DNA from: a virus
Lineage: Duplodnaviria > Caudoviricetes
Strand: one strand, 5' to 3'
IMG/VR virus record: IMGVR_UViG_3300010163_000002
Span: 160,001 to 224,000 of that record
DNA length: 64,000 bases
Positions 20,806 to 30,556 of the stretch are shown in pieces. The notes below the pieces were generated by a model. That model was not told the DNA's origin and did no database searches. It saw nothing but the letters and a program-made list of their open reading frames with translations. Position 1 is the stretch's first letter. Every line of letters begins with the position of its first letter. The position numbers and the translations under genes are program-made.

Positions 20806-21663
20806 TTATACAGCTAACGGGAAAAAAAGCTGTGGATTAACTTCTTTAATTTTATCAACTGGATAGTCAACGATTTTAATATCATCCGGTTCAAGGTCCC
20901 AAAATGATTTCTTATTAGGATTAATTTCCACATACGGATGGCATTCTACAGAATCCCTAGATAACATAATTGCAGCATTAACCATATGACGATCATAAAT
21001 CTGGGTATTCTGCATAAAATGAGTGAATATACCTGGTTTGTATCCAAAGTGATGGGCAACCATACACATAAATACAGCATACTGAACTTCATTTACCGTG
21101 CAACCAGCAGTCATATAATCTGTACTTCTTTGATACATTGTCATATCAAGATAATCCCCATCAGCACAATGCCTTATATTGAAATTGGTCTGGAAGCAGC
21201 AAGGTTTTAATCCATGCGGTTCTTTGAAATCTTCAACCTGCCAAAGATTAATAATATGGTATCTGCTATCTGGATTTTCTTCAATACCTTTAAGCAGATT
21301 TTCCATAAGATTATGCCGTCTTACAGTCTCTCCATAGCATGTTCCGATAGTATCATCAGGCAGTGCCCAATCATCCCACCAATTAATGCCATATACTTCA
21401 CGTAATCTTTTGAGGGAATTACTTGCATCTTTGTAAATCCAGAAAATCTCTTTGATGGCATTCTTGTATACTACCGGTCTTAATGTTATTAATGGAAATT
21501 CACCATTGCTTAAATCGTATTGTGTTATACATCCATTAATGCTTATTGCATGTGCAGGGGTACCATCCTTCCATTTAGGTCTAGGATTAATATCAACAGA
21601 TCCTTCTTTAATTATTTTGATTAAAATCTCTTTGCAATATTTGTCTGCTTTATTTGTTACCAT
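20806..21663 (-). CDS. thyA: thymidylate synthase
   Basis: FPLITLR, catalytic LKPCC, YQRSTD, NEVQY and QIYDRH motifs; Firmicute ThyA-type N-terminus (PRPKWKDGTPAH). Confidence 0.93.
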   Translation of the reverse strand: MVTNKADKYCKEILIKIIKEGSVDINPRPKWKDGTPAHAISINGCITQYDLSNGEFPLITLRPVVYKNAIKEIFWIYKDASNSLKRLREVYGINWWDDWALPDDTIGTCYGETVRRHNLMENLLKGIEENPDSRYHIINLWQVEDFKEPHGLKPCCFQTNFNIRHCADGDYLDMTMYQRSTDYMTAGCTVNEVQYAVFMCMVAHHFGYKPGIFTHFMQNTQIYDRHMVNAAIMLSRDSVECHPYVEINPNKKSFWDLEPDDIKIVDYPVDKIKEVNPQLFFPLAV

Positions 21664-21764
21664 TTTATTATCCTCCTTAAGATAAATATTTTTAATTTAA
21701 AGTAATAAATGTAATAATTTCTGAGTTTACATTACAGTAATTTTACGTATGGAGGAATAGAATT

Positions 21765-21983
21765 ATGGGTAATGGTATGCAACTTTATAGAATAACAAAT
21801 CTAAATAAAGATATAGAATTTTGGTACGCTATAATTGATTTAAATTTAAACCTCCATTACCGTATAGTAAATTTCACTGATGGCAAAATAATTCCTCATG
21901 AATTTAGAAATAAAGATGAAATAGAAAAATATTTAGATGGATTGATTAAATCAGAAATAATACTGGCATGGCAAAAGGCTTAG
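21765..21983 (+). CDS. small hypothetical protein
   Basis: 72 aa, RBS GGAGGA, promoter motif TACA-ttacag-TAA at 21728-21739, followed by a hairpin. Confidence 0.6.
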   Translation: MGNGMQLYRITNLNKDIEFWYAIIDLNLNLHYRIVNFTDGKIIPHEFRNKDEIEKYLDGLIKSEIILAWQKA

Positions 21984-21986
21984 GAT

Positions 21987-22014
21987 TTCCCATAGGGATA
22001 ACTCCCTATGGGAA
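21987..22014. terminator. bidirectional hairpin between convergent genes
   Basis: TTCCCATAGGGA-taac-TCCCTATGGGAA. Confidence 0.8.
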
Positions 22015-22021
22015 TTATTTT

Positions 22022-22414
22022 TCATATTCTTCCTTCGTGTTTTAAATCATACAATGCTGTATGTATAAGACTGTGAATATAACTATCAAGATCTGGATTA
22101 GCGTCTTTGAGAGCTTTAATCATTTTAGACGGTAAAGCTTGTAATGTTTTTGTCTTTGCTAAATCTTCAACATATTGTTTACTTTCATCAGTCCATTGAT
22201 CTGTGCCTTTGATGTGTTTTACATAGTTTTCATACACACTTTTAACTGATTTCTTAACCTCTACATAAAGAATTTTTTGGTATTGATCAATTTTACGGTC
22301 TTTAACGTTATTCCCAATAGCATTAACTGTCCATGTTAAAATAGGAATAAATATTATAGTCCATATGGTTGACAATATTTCAGAGTAGTTAATATAGTCT
22401 GTCACGTTTTTCAC
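22022..22414 (-). CDS. holin-like membrane protein (LL-H-related)
   Basis: N-terminal TM helix then a helical domain (YVKHIKGTDQWTDE…DLDSYIHSLIH); divergent from the endolysin; GTG start. Confidence 0.5.
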   Translation of the reverse strand: MKNVTDYINYSEILSTIWTIIFIPILTWTVNAIGNNVKDRKIDQYQKILYVEVKKSVKSVYENYVKHIKGTDQWTDESKQYVEDLAKTKTLQALPSKMIKALKDANPDLDSYIHSLIHTALYDLKHEGRI

Positions 22415-22432
22415 CTCCGATTTTTGTATACT

Positions 22433-22473
22433 TACTATTTTGTTTGGGTATTAAAATGCCAGACATCTTAATA
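22433..22473. promoter_or_regulatory. divergent pair of putative late promoters (holin-like gene / endolysin)
   Basis: AACA-aaatag-TAA on the minus strand (22433-22444) and GACA-tcttaa-TAA on the plus strand (22462-22473). Confidence 0.65.
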
Positions 22474-22498
22474 AAATATATAAAGGAGGTAGTTCTAT

Positions 22499-23587
22499 AT
22501 GTTGAAAGGTATAGACGTAAGTACGTGGAATGGCAAGATTAATTGGGCTAGCATGAAAAGTAAAATTAATTTTGCAATGATCAGATTGGGATATGTTAAG
22601 GGTACTAAGAAAATCGATGATAGAGCTTTGTATAACATGTCTGAATGCGACCGTTTAGGAATTCCTTACGGATTGTATTTATATAGTTATGCATTGAATG
22701 AATCCCAGGTAATAATTGAAGCTAACCACGCAATTGATGTAGCTAAAAAGGGTAATCCTGTTCTTGGTATTTATTTTGATATGGAGGATGCTGATGGATA
22801 TAAAGCAAAGAATAATATGAATCCATACAATAATGGAGCCAAGCTTGCAGGATTCTGTAAGACGTTTATAAGAATTGTTAAAAATGCCGGATATGAATCT
22901 GGAGTTTATGCAAATACAGATTACTTGAATAATGTAATTGGTAAAACTGGATTTGAACATATCTGGGTAGCATCATGGAAAGCAAATAATGGCCCTCAGG
23001 ATTGTCCTAAGGGATATAATGCAGAAATTTGGCAGTATACAGATAATGCTACCATTGATGGCAAGAGATTTGACTGCAATTATTATATCAATGAAAGTAG
23101 ATTCAAAACCCTTACGACTAAAAAAGAATCAGATAAGGAATCTGTTAAAGAAGAAGCCGTTACCAAACCATCAAAACCTGCAACTACAACAGTTCTTAAA
23201 CATAAGGTAGGAGAAACAGTATCATATAATAAGATTTACATTTCTGAAGACGATCCGTCTAGCGGAGCTAAGCCTTATTATAAATCCGGAAAAATTACTA
23301 AGATTTTCCCTAATAGTAAGCATCCATATCTTATTGGTGCTGGTATTGGATTCGTTGATGATAACTGCATTACAAGTGGAGCAAGTTCTAATACTACATT
23401 CAAAAAGGGAGATAAAGTAAAACTTAAAAAGGGATCTACTTGGTATAATGGTACAAAGGTCGCGAGCTTTGTATTTAATGTAACTCTATACGTAATTGGT
23501 CAGGATAGCCGTGGTGTATTGGTTAGCACTTCTAAAGGCGGAGCATGCACAGGGGTTGTAAAACCTGATAGACTTAGTAAAGTTTGA
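22499..23587 (+). CDS. GH25 muramidase endolysin with C-terminal cell-wall-binding domains
   Basis: KGIDVSTWNG, GLYLYSYA, YFDMED, IWQYTD and FDCN GH25 motifs; SH3-like C-terminal modules. Confidence 0.9.
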   Translation: MLKGIDVSTWNGKINWASMKSKINFAMIRLGYVKGTKKIDDRALYNMSECDRLGIPYGLYLYSYALNESQVIIEANHAIDVAKKGNPVLGIYFDMEDADGYKAKNNMNPYNNGAKLAGFCKTFIRIVKNAGYESGVYANTDYLNNVIGKTGFEHIWVASWKANNGPQDCPKGYNAEIWQYTDNATIDGKRFDCNYYINESRFKTLTTKKESDKESVKEEAVTKPSKPATTTVLKHKVGETVSYNKIYISEDDPSSGAKPYYKSGKITKIFPNSKHPYLIGAGIGFVDDNCITSGASSNTTFKKGDKVKLKKGSTWYNGTKVASFVFNVTLYVIGQDSRGVLVSTSKGGACTGVVKPDRLSKV

Positions 23588-23600
23588 TAAAAAATAAATG

Positions 23601-23626
23601 GCAGTCAGGGAGAAATCCCTGACTGT
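23601..23626. terminator. hairpin, GNRA loop
   Basis: GCAGTCAGGGA-gaaa-TCCCTGACTGT followed by TATTCTTTT. Confidence 0.8.
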
Positions 23627-23771
23627 TATTCTTTTCCAAAATTGGTAAAATTTTCCTTTTTACAACGTTATCAACATTATGCATTTTAGGATAACATTCT
23701 TGCCAGAAAGTTAACGAAATATTCGTTATATCTCTTTATTTGCCGTTGTTAAAGCCCATATTGCGTTATGA

Positions 23772-26177
23772 TCTGATGAGATTGCCGCCATAAACAAGAG
23801 AATTGGGAATCTGTTTTTGGGAATCGAAGACGGAGAAATTTCCAATTTAAAGGAAGCAGAGCTTGTCGATATCAGAACTCCGTTTAGAGATCTTGTTGGC
23901 GATGAGGTTGAATATACAAATGCTGGCGATGCTGTCAGAGGGCAGATCGAAGCATTATATAATATAACAAAAGGCGCTGCTGATCCAGATAAATTCTCTC
24001 ATATTATTTCTCCTGTAATGGTCATGGAAGATATCAATAGTGCCACCGGAGATAAATATGAGTCTATTATTGAAATAGACTATTCTGGGCTTGTTGCAAA
24101 AAATACTGGAGATTCTGGCATATACACTGGAGTATTTGATGAATTGCTTAGTTTGTTATCATCTAATCGTATTAGATTGAAGTTATTTAATTCTAAAGGA
24201 ATTATTGACGCTTATATTAATCATAATGGTATTACTGTTAATACATGTGATGGTATGAGCGAAAAACTTACTAGCATCAGATCACTCCTTGTAGAATCAG
24301 TCCATAAGATCTATATTCAGATTGGTATTGCCGGAGCTAATTCTGCTGGAAATTCTGATGGTAAAGTTTTTGCTCTTGTTGATATTGCTGATACAGGAGA
24401 AACAATTAAATCTTTTGAAGCTAATGGAGTTAATATAAAGATTATTCCTCATAGCGAAGATCATGCAATATATACTCCTAGTTCTTATGATAGAGAAACT
24501 ACAGTGAGCTGTTCAAAACCTGTAGTACAGATAGATACTGATAATATAGATTCATATATTGAAACTCCATATGATTGGGCTAATGTAACACCAAAAGCCA
24601 ATCAGTGGGCCACAATATTTTCTATTGTTTCAAAGTCTACGGCTGTAGGAAGCGATCCGAGGACAGTTATCGGTTCATTGAAGCATAGATTGTATTTGAA
24701 ATATAAAGAAGCAATGTGCGTTGCTGACCTTATAGTGTATAAAGAGGCAGATACTTTTAAACAGAAGATTTCTATTATACGTAAAGATGCTCTGTTCTCT
24801 CAGTATATAACAGATATCAGATTTGGATGGTGTATGCAGGACGATACTTCATGTATAGTTGTTCAGGCATTATGTAAAGACTCTTCTGTAGAAGCCGAAT
24901 CTTTATATGTAGCGGCGGATTATCTTTCCAACACTAACGTTACATATGATTTTTCATCTGAATTGACAATAGATGAAACTTATCCGGTATATTCTTCTAC
25001 GATCACAAGTGCTGCTGTAGAAGAAGTAACCTCTGCAAACATTGCAGAGTATATTCCTGATATTCCTGTACCCGAGCAGTTAAGAGAATATGTTGTTACT
25101 ACAAATGGTTCATATACTGTAAATCAAAATACTAAAAATATTCCATTAGTAGAAGTTGTTGATAGTGTATCAACAAATAATTCCAAATTGGATACTATAC
25201 TCGGAGAATTTCGTAGTAGATTTAATTTAAATAATACTACTGAGATTATACTTAAAAAGAGCGGAAGCAGTGTTCAATCATCAATTATTAACAATGAGAG
25301 TGCATTACCGTATAATAATCTGAGTTATAATGTGTATTCAGATGGAACTAATAGAATTGGTATTATTTATTTGGAACTTCCTAAAGCTGTAGCAACAAAT
25401 ACTATTTATAGCATTTCGTTTGTTACAGATGTGACAAGTGGAGGAAAAACTCTTAAACAATTAGAGGCTGAAGGGATTAAGTTCAATATAATTGGAAAAG
25501 ACTCCACGTCTCAGACTAAATATAATAATTATATTTTAGCGTCCACAGCGGGCAGTATCAGCAATACAAAAATCTTTAGCATAGATTTAAGCACACTGAT
25601 CTATACTGTTAAGAATACCACGTTTGATGAGCATACTAGCGCCCTTCAGGATCAGATTACGGCGTTAGCTGCAAGAAAAACTGCATTCATAGCCAGTGTA
25701 GATCTTGTTATTCCAACAACAGGTTGGGTGGCTGATACCGATACGAATGAGGTATATGCTCTTTGTGTAGATATGGCTTCAGAAATAATCAAAGAAGACA
25801 TGATTCCTATATTAACAATACACCCATCTGGTGATGAGATTGCTAGAGAGTGTGATATGAGTACTGCAGCAAGAACTATTGATGGAGCTCTAAGAGTTTA
25901 TGCGCAAAAAGCTCCCGCTGAAAATATTAATTGTAGTTTAACATTGCTTGCTGTTGGAGGATCTACTGGGGGGAATGGTGAAGGCGGAACCTATGTATTA
26001 CCAACTGCAACTGCGACACGGCTTGGTGGAGTAAAAATTGGAGATGGAATAGATGCAAATAGTGATGGAACTATATCTGTTGACAGTAATGCTGTAGCAG
26101 AAAAAGTAATAGCATCTCCAGAAGAAGTTAAAGCGATGTTGGAAGAAGTTCATAAAGATGAAACTGTTACAAGTTGA
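23772..26177 (+). CDS. tail-fibre protein, apparently lacking its 5' end
   Basis: Frame opens after TGA at 23769-23771 (SDEIAAINKRIGNL…EAELVDIR…YTNAGDAVRGQI); no RBS or promoter motif upstream; C-terminal IPTTGW…LRVYA…YVLPTATATRLGGVKIG fibre motifs. Confidence 0.65.
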   Translation, partial: SDEIAAINKRIGNLFLGIEDGEISNLKEAELVDIRTPFRDLVGDEVEYTNAGDAVRGQIEALYNITKGAADPDKFSHIISPVMVMEDINSATGDKYESIIEIDYSGLVAKNTGDSGIYTGVFDELLSLLSSNRIRLKLFNSKGIIDAYINHNGITVNTCDGMSEKLTSIRSLLVESVHKIYIQIGIAGANSAGNSDGKVFALVDIADTGETIKSFEANGVNIKIIPHSEDHAIYTPSSYDRETTVSCSKPVVQIDTDNIDSYIETPYDWANVTPKANQWATIFSIVSKSTAVGSDPRTVIGSLKHRLYLKYKEAMCVADLIVYKEADTFKQKISIIRKDALFSQYITDIRFGWCMQDDTSCIVVQALCKDSSVEAESLYVAADYLSNTNVTYDFSSELTIDETYPVYSSTITSAAVEEVTSANIAEYIPDIPVPEQLREYVVTTNGSYTVNQNTKNIPLVEVVDSVSTNNSKLDTILGEFRSRFNLNNTTEIILKKSGSSVQSSIINNESALPYNNLSYNVYSDGTNRIGIIYLELPKAVATNTIYSISFVTDVTSGGKTLKQLEAEGIKFNIIGKDSTSQTKYNNYILASTAGSISNTKIFSIDLSTLIYTVKNTTFDEHTSALQDQITALAARKTAFIASVDLVIPTTGWVADTDTNEVYALCVDMASEIIKEDMIPILTIHPSGDEIARECDMSTAARTIDGALRVYAQKAPAENINCSLTLLAVGGSTGGNGEGGTYVLPTATATRLGGVKIGDGIDANSDGTISVDSNAVAEKVIASPEEVKAMLEEVHKDETVTS

Positions 26178-26235
26178 TTTTACCGAGTTAGCCGCTCGAT
26201 AAAATAAAAATTTTAAATCTAAGGAGGAAAAAATA

Positions 26236-27090
26236 ATGGCTGAAACTAGACTTACATTAGACGCGCTAAGAGAGATGGCGGAGGACGCCAAGAAGCGATA
26301 TACTACTAAAACTGAGCATAATGCGCTGAAAACACAGGTTGAAAATCTTGTAACTGCAGGCGGTGAACCGAATAAGCTGGAAGGCGTAAAGGTTAATGGA
26401 ACTGCTCTTACCATTGCAGAAAAGATGGTTGATATCTTGATTGGTCAGGGTGCAGCAAACGGCGCAGTATCTGTAAATGGTGTAGACGTAATGGTTAAAG
26501 GCCTTGCTGCACTGGCATTCAAGGCAAATGTATCTGAATCTGATCTTGATGCTGCTCTTAAGGCAGTGCTTGACGGTAAGGCCGCAGGTACAGATGTTGA
26601 GGCTCTTTCCGGTAAAGTTACAACTCTTATTGGAACAGATGCAAACAAATCTGCTCGTACTATTGCAAATGAAGAACTTGCAAAACAGCTTATTCCGGAT
26701 AACGCTAAGGAGAGTCTTGATACACTAGCTGAGATCGCAGCATGGATTCAGGATCATCCGGATGATGCTTCAGCAATGAATACTGCTATTACTTCACTGC
26801 AGAGTCTGGTTGGTAAACTGCCGGAAGGTGCAACAAGCACTACAATTGTAGACTACATTTCTGAAGCAATCACAAAGGCTGAATACAAGCATCCAACTCA
26901 CACAGCTTATACAAGTGGTCTGTATAAGGTTACTGTAGATGGCAATGGCCATGTTACAGCAGCAGATGCTGTTAAGAAAGAAGATATTACTTCTCTTGGT
27001 ATTCCTGCGCAGGATACAACCTATGAAGCAACTACACTAGCAGAAGTCAAGGCAATGCTGGCAGAAGTTTACGGTGAAACAACTGCGTAA
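26236..27090 (+). CDS. tail-fibre protein
   Basis: GGEPNKLEGVKVNG, ESLDTLAEIAAWI, YKHPTH and YKVTVDGNGHVT motifs; RBS AAGGAGG. Confidence 0.7.
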   Translation: MAETRLTLDALREMAEDAKKRYTTKTEHNALKTQVENLVTAGGEPNKLEGVKVNGTALTIAEKMVDILIGQGAANGAVSVNGVDVMVKGLAALAFKANVSESDLDAALKAVLDGKAAGTDVEALSGKVTTLIGTDANKSARTIANEELAKQLIPDNAKESLDTLAEIAAWIQDHPDDASAMNTAITSLQSLVGKLPEGATSTTIVDYISEAITKAEYKHPTHTAYTSGLYKVTVDGNGHVTAADAVKKEDITSLGIPAQDTTYEATTLAEVKAMLAEVYGETTA

Positions 27091-27105
27091 TTCCATATTC
27101 TGGTT

Positions 27106-27128
27106 AGCCGGGGATTATATCCCCGGCT
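27106..27128. terminator. intra-operon hairpin
   Basis: AGCCGGGGAT-tat-ATCCCCGGCT. Confidence 0.65.
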
Positions 27129-27152
27129 TACTGTTAAGGAGGTGACGCATAA

Positions 27153-28073
27153 TTGAGCGCGAAAAAGTTAGACATACTGGAGTTATTTAAAGAATGTGCC
27201 AATAAATCCAAACAGTATTGTCTAGATAAGGTAGATGCTTTAACTCTAGCTACATATCAGAGTATTACAGAATTGACAGATCGAATTAAGGGCTATTTAC
27301 CTTTAGCCGGAGGAACAGTAGATGGAAATACGATATTTAAAAAAGTCGTATACACGCATCACGCTGTAGGAACATCTGCCACAGCAGGCTATGTAAAAAT
27401 AGCTCAAATCAAAATTACTAATAATTATCAAAATATTCCTCTTATCTTTGAAGTGGTGAACCGTAATAGCCGTTTTCCAATGCATCTATTTTTACAATTT
27501 AACTCAGAAAATAATGTTGATCCGGCCATCGGTTCATTTACATATTTTGGCGCTAATATTGGCGCATATATTATTAAATCTGCTGCAAGCACATGGGATT
27601 TATATATCAAGAAATCTGAAGCTTATGATAATATCGGTATAACAAGATATACGACAAATGCTAATTACATGGCTGGCGTTACAGTTACTTGGACAGATGT
27701 TCATGCTAATAGTTTACCATCCGGGTGCACTACGGCAACAGTTGCAGCTATGAATATTGCAGGAACATTATCAACAGCCGATAGAGATAAATTAGATAAA
27801 CTTGCTGTACCATCCGGTGTGAATATAACCGTTCCAACTACAGGATGGGATAGTGATAGTTCAGCATATCCTAAATATTATGACATTGCTGTCAGTGGAG
27901 TAACGAATAAAGATCGTGCGGATATTATAGTTGCTCAAGCTAGTTTGGATACGATTGAAAAATGTGGATTGTATTCAATTACCGAAACACTTGCTGGTAA
28001 AATCAGAATACGTGCTACTAGTGTACCAACAGCAACAATATCTATGCAGTACTGGATTACTAAAGGACAGTAA
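27153..28073 (+). CDS. tail-fibre protein
   Basis: YLPLAGGTV, GTLSTADRDKLD and VPTTGW…KIRIRA motifs; TTG start with RBS AAGGAGGTG. Confidence 0.7.
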   Translation: MSAKKLDILELFKECANKSKQYCLDKVDALTLATYQSITELTDRIKGYLPLAGGTVDGNTIFKKVVYTHHAVGTSATAGYVKIAQIKITNNYQNIPLIFEVVNRNSRFPMHLFLQFNSENNVDPAIGSFTYFGANIGAYIIKSAASTWDLYIKKSEAYDNIGITRYTTNANYMAGVTVTWTDVHANSLPSGCTTATVAAMNIAGTLSTADRDKLDKLAVPSGVNITVPTTGWDSDSSAYPKYYDIAVSGVTNKDRADIIVAQASLDTIEKCGLYSITETLAGKIRIRATSVPTATISMQYWITKGQ

Positions 28074-28087
28074 GAAAGGAGTACAAT

Positions 28088-29641
28088 ATGGCATACGGAA
28101 ATGTAAATATGCCAGGAGCTTCTGCTGCTGATGTTAAAGCGGCAGAGGCTGCGGCACAAAATGCATTAGATAAGATTGGAAATACATCAGATACTGGCGG
28201 AAGTCCTTCCGCCGGTACAGTTATGGGAAAGCTTAATAAAATTATTGAAAGCAGTAGTGGTTCGGCTAGCGCCGATACTCATCTTATTTGGTTAAATGAC
28301 TATAAAACATTTGGCGAAGATTCATATGTATTTCAGAATAAAGATATTCTGCATGAATTATATGAAGATTTCAGTCTTGTTATTCACGATATGTTAATAC
28401 GAGTTGAAGCATTAGAATATGCAGATAAAAATAATCTTGCTGGGCAGTATTTAGCTGCAGCATATGATATTTCCAATGCAGATTCTGTAAAGAATATACA
28501 AACCACAAGTGCTCTTGTACAAAATTCTGCAGCTATGAATGTGGTACGACAATCTGATGTGGATATGAAAGCATTGCTTGATTATAATGCAAGTATGAAC
28601 GCTTTAATTAAATCTACAACAGCTATGAATTCAGTTGCTGCGTCAATAATAGGTATGAAAGCTATTGCTGAGTCGGAAGAAGCTATGAATACTCTTCTTG
28701 CTTCTAATACTTTAAGTATTGTCGCTAGTTCTGCAACAGCTATGAACCAAGTTGCCGCATCCGAAGTTGCTGTAGACGCTATTGTAAAACAGAATAAAAT
28801 GGATAGTTTTTTAAATGCAACATCAATGGCCGCAATTGCTGCTTCTGAGACTGCTATGCGAATTATATCGGAATCTGAGGAGGCTATGACTGCTATTTCT
28901 CAATCTGAAGTTGCTGTAGACGCTATTGCTAAGTCTAGCGTTGCATCAAATGTTGTATGCGCTTCTAATAATTCCATGGGTATTTTATGTAACTCAGAAA
29001 TTGCTTTAAATAACTTATATACTGTTTTCTTTAATTCTACTCCAGCCATGAATTGTATTTGCAATAATGAGTCAAATATGGCAGCGGTTGCAGCATCTTA
29101 TGATTGCATGCAAGCGGCAGTTGCCGATGCAGCTATTATGCAAACTTTTAGTGAATCCGATATATGTAAAGACGCTATTACTAAATCAGCCACCGCATTA
29201 CAAATTATAGCTAAAAACGCTGATAAATGGGAATCATTAAAACCATTTATAATTGCAATAAATAATAATGGGATTAAGTATGTACAAAACGCATATGACA
29301 TACTTACCAATACAAATTATTTTACTAGAAAAACAACATCTAGAATTACTCAATATGATACTTATATGGAGAAATTACACGAATACTGTACCAGCGAGTA
29401 CGCTAATAATGGGTTTATTATAGGTCATGCAGGCGTACCTTCAAATTCACAAACTGCTACCGATCCAACTACAATTAGAATAAATAATGAAATAGTTGTA
29501 GAAAGGGCAAAAAGTTTTAATGCTGATGGATGGTTAAAAGATATTTCCAAAGGTAATGTTAATATTTTATTAATACCAACAGCTACATTTACTACTTCAA
29601 ATAATTGTTACGCGACCATAGCTGTATTTATTTCGAAATAG
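28088..29641 (+). CDS. tail-fibre tip / receptor-binding protein A with Ala/Met/Ser helical repeats
   Basis: MAYGNVNMPGAS N-terminus; GTVMGKLN motif; many short AMxxVAxS repeats; 22-bp exact repeat at 28763-28784 and 28907-28928. Confidence 0.6.
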   Translation: MAYGNVNMPGASAADVKAAEAAAQNALDKIGNTSDTGGSPSAGTVMGKLNKIIESSSGSASADTHLIWLNDYKTFGEDSYVFQNKDILHELYEDFSLVIHDMLIRVEALEYADKNNLAGQYLAAAYDISNADSVKNIQTTSALVQNSAAMNVVRQSDVDMKALLDYNASMNALIKSTTAMNSVAASIIGMKAIAESEEAMNTLLASNTLSIVASSATAMNQVAASEVAVDAIVKQNKMDSFLNATSMAAIAASETAMRIISESEEAMTAISQSEVAVDAIAKSSVASNVVCASNNSMGILCNSEIALNNLYTVFFNSTPAMNCICNNESNMAAVAASYDCMQAAVADAAIMQTFSESDICKDAITKSATALQIIAKNADKWESLKPFIIAINNNGIKYVQNAYDILTNTNYFTRKTTSRITQYDTYMEKLHEYCTSEYANNGFIIGHAGVPSNSQTATDPTTIRINNEIVVERAKSFNADGWLKDISKGNVNILLIPTATFTTSNNCYATIAVFISK

Positions 29642-29653
29642 GGGTGATTTATA

Positions 29654-30058
29654 TTGAATAGTTTATTACAACAGATTTTGTCTAATATAAAATGCGTAAA
29701 GAGCGTACAACGTGGAACAGGTAGATTATATGTTAAATTTAAATCTGACAATGTTAAAAATTACCATCCAGAGTTAAAAGTTCCATTAAACACTATCGAT
29801 CCGAATAAATGTGTTGTTATTTTGAATGGCGCGTGTTCTACATATTTTGCTAATGATATACCAGCATATAGTAGCGGAAATGCTGAAAGAATAAATCCGC
29901 CACATTTATTTTCTCTGAATAGTAATGAATTAATAATTAAAGATAGCTTTCAAGTCAACCTAACCAGCTATAGTACTTCCGATCCAAAGGATGAGGAAGG
30001 CTATTTTACATATACTGGTGCTGCTATAATTAGTTGGCAAGTAATAGAATTCTATTAA
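29654..30058 (+). CDS. small tail-fibre-associated protein
   Basis: VKSVQRG…ISWQVIEFY family pattern. Confidence 0.55.
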   Translation: MNSLLQQILSNIKCVKSVQRGTGRLYVKFKSDNVKNYHPELKVPLNTIDPNKCVVILNGACSTYFANDIPAYSSGNAERINPPHLFSLNSNELIIKDSFQVNLTSYSTSDPKDEEGYFTYTGAAIISWQVIEFY

Positions 30059-30072
30059 TAGGGGGTGTTTAA

Positions 30073-30381
30073 ATGTATAGATATGCTCAAATTATTCCTG
30101 GCAATGGAGCTGTAGTAGGAGACAGCCATTTAAGTGGGCCGGTAAATCATCCAAATATGATTCCAATTCCGGAAAATTTTGATCTTACAAATAAGAGATA
30201 CGTTAATGGAGAGTGGCAGGTACACATTCCTCCGGAACCAGAGCCTGTTGAACCTGAACCGACAGAGCAGGATCTTATTAATGCGGAAATACTGTTAAAG
30301 CAGGCTAAGATTATAAGTACTCAGAATGAGACTAACGATACATTGAAACAGATTTTAGCAAATCAGCAGACAAAGGAGTGA
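30073..30381 (+). CDS. tail-fibre assembly/chaperone-like protein
   Basis: MYRYAQI…NKRYVNGEW…PEPEP…EPTEQDLINAEILL; precedes an XkdX-like gene. Confidence 0.55.
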   Translation: MYRYAQIIPGNGAVVGDSHLSGPVNHPNMIPIPENFDLTNKRYVNGEWQVHIPPEPEPVEPEPTEQDLINAEILLKQAKIISTQNETNDTLKQILANQQTKE

Positions 30382-30390
30382 TAATAAGAT

Positions 30391-30534
30391 ATGAGTAAGA
30401 AGATACTTGATATCATAAAGAATTATTACAAATTAAAGATTTATAAGAATGAAGACGTAGCAGCGTTTGTTAAATCAAACGATATTACTCCAGAAGAATA
30501 CAAAGAAATTACTGGAGAAGAATACGTAAAATAA
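30391..30534 (+). CDS. xkdX: XkdX-family small phage protein (not in ORF track)
   Basis: 47 aa MSKKILDIIKNYYKLKIYKNEDVAAFVKSNDITPEEYKEITGEEYVK, with the ITxEEYKEITGEEY signature. Confidence 0.8.
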   Translation: MSKKILDIIKNYYKLKIYKNEDVAAFVKSNDITPEEYKEITGEEYVK

Positions 30535-30556
30535 GAGGTAAAGGAGGTTAAGTAGG

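Noticed and set aside
20806-21663. ThyA homolog as a dUMP/dCMP hydroxymethylase for DNA modification
   Set aside because: It keeps canonical ThyA motifs, including the dUMP-specifying Asn, and looks like a Firmicute ThyA; no modification genes are adjacent in this window.
21993-22002. TAGGGATAAC matches the first 10 bp of the I-SceI site (also at 61498-61507)
   Set aside because: The rest of the site (AGGGTAAT) is absent; it is simply the hairpin core.
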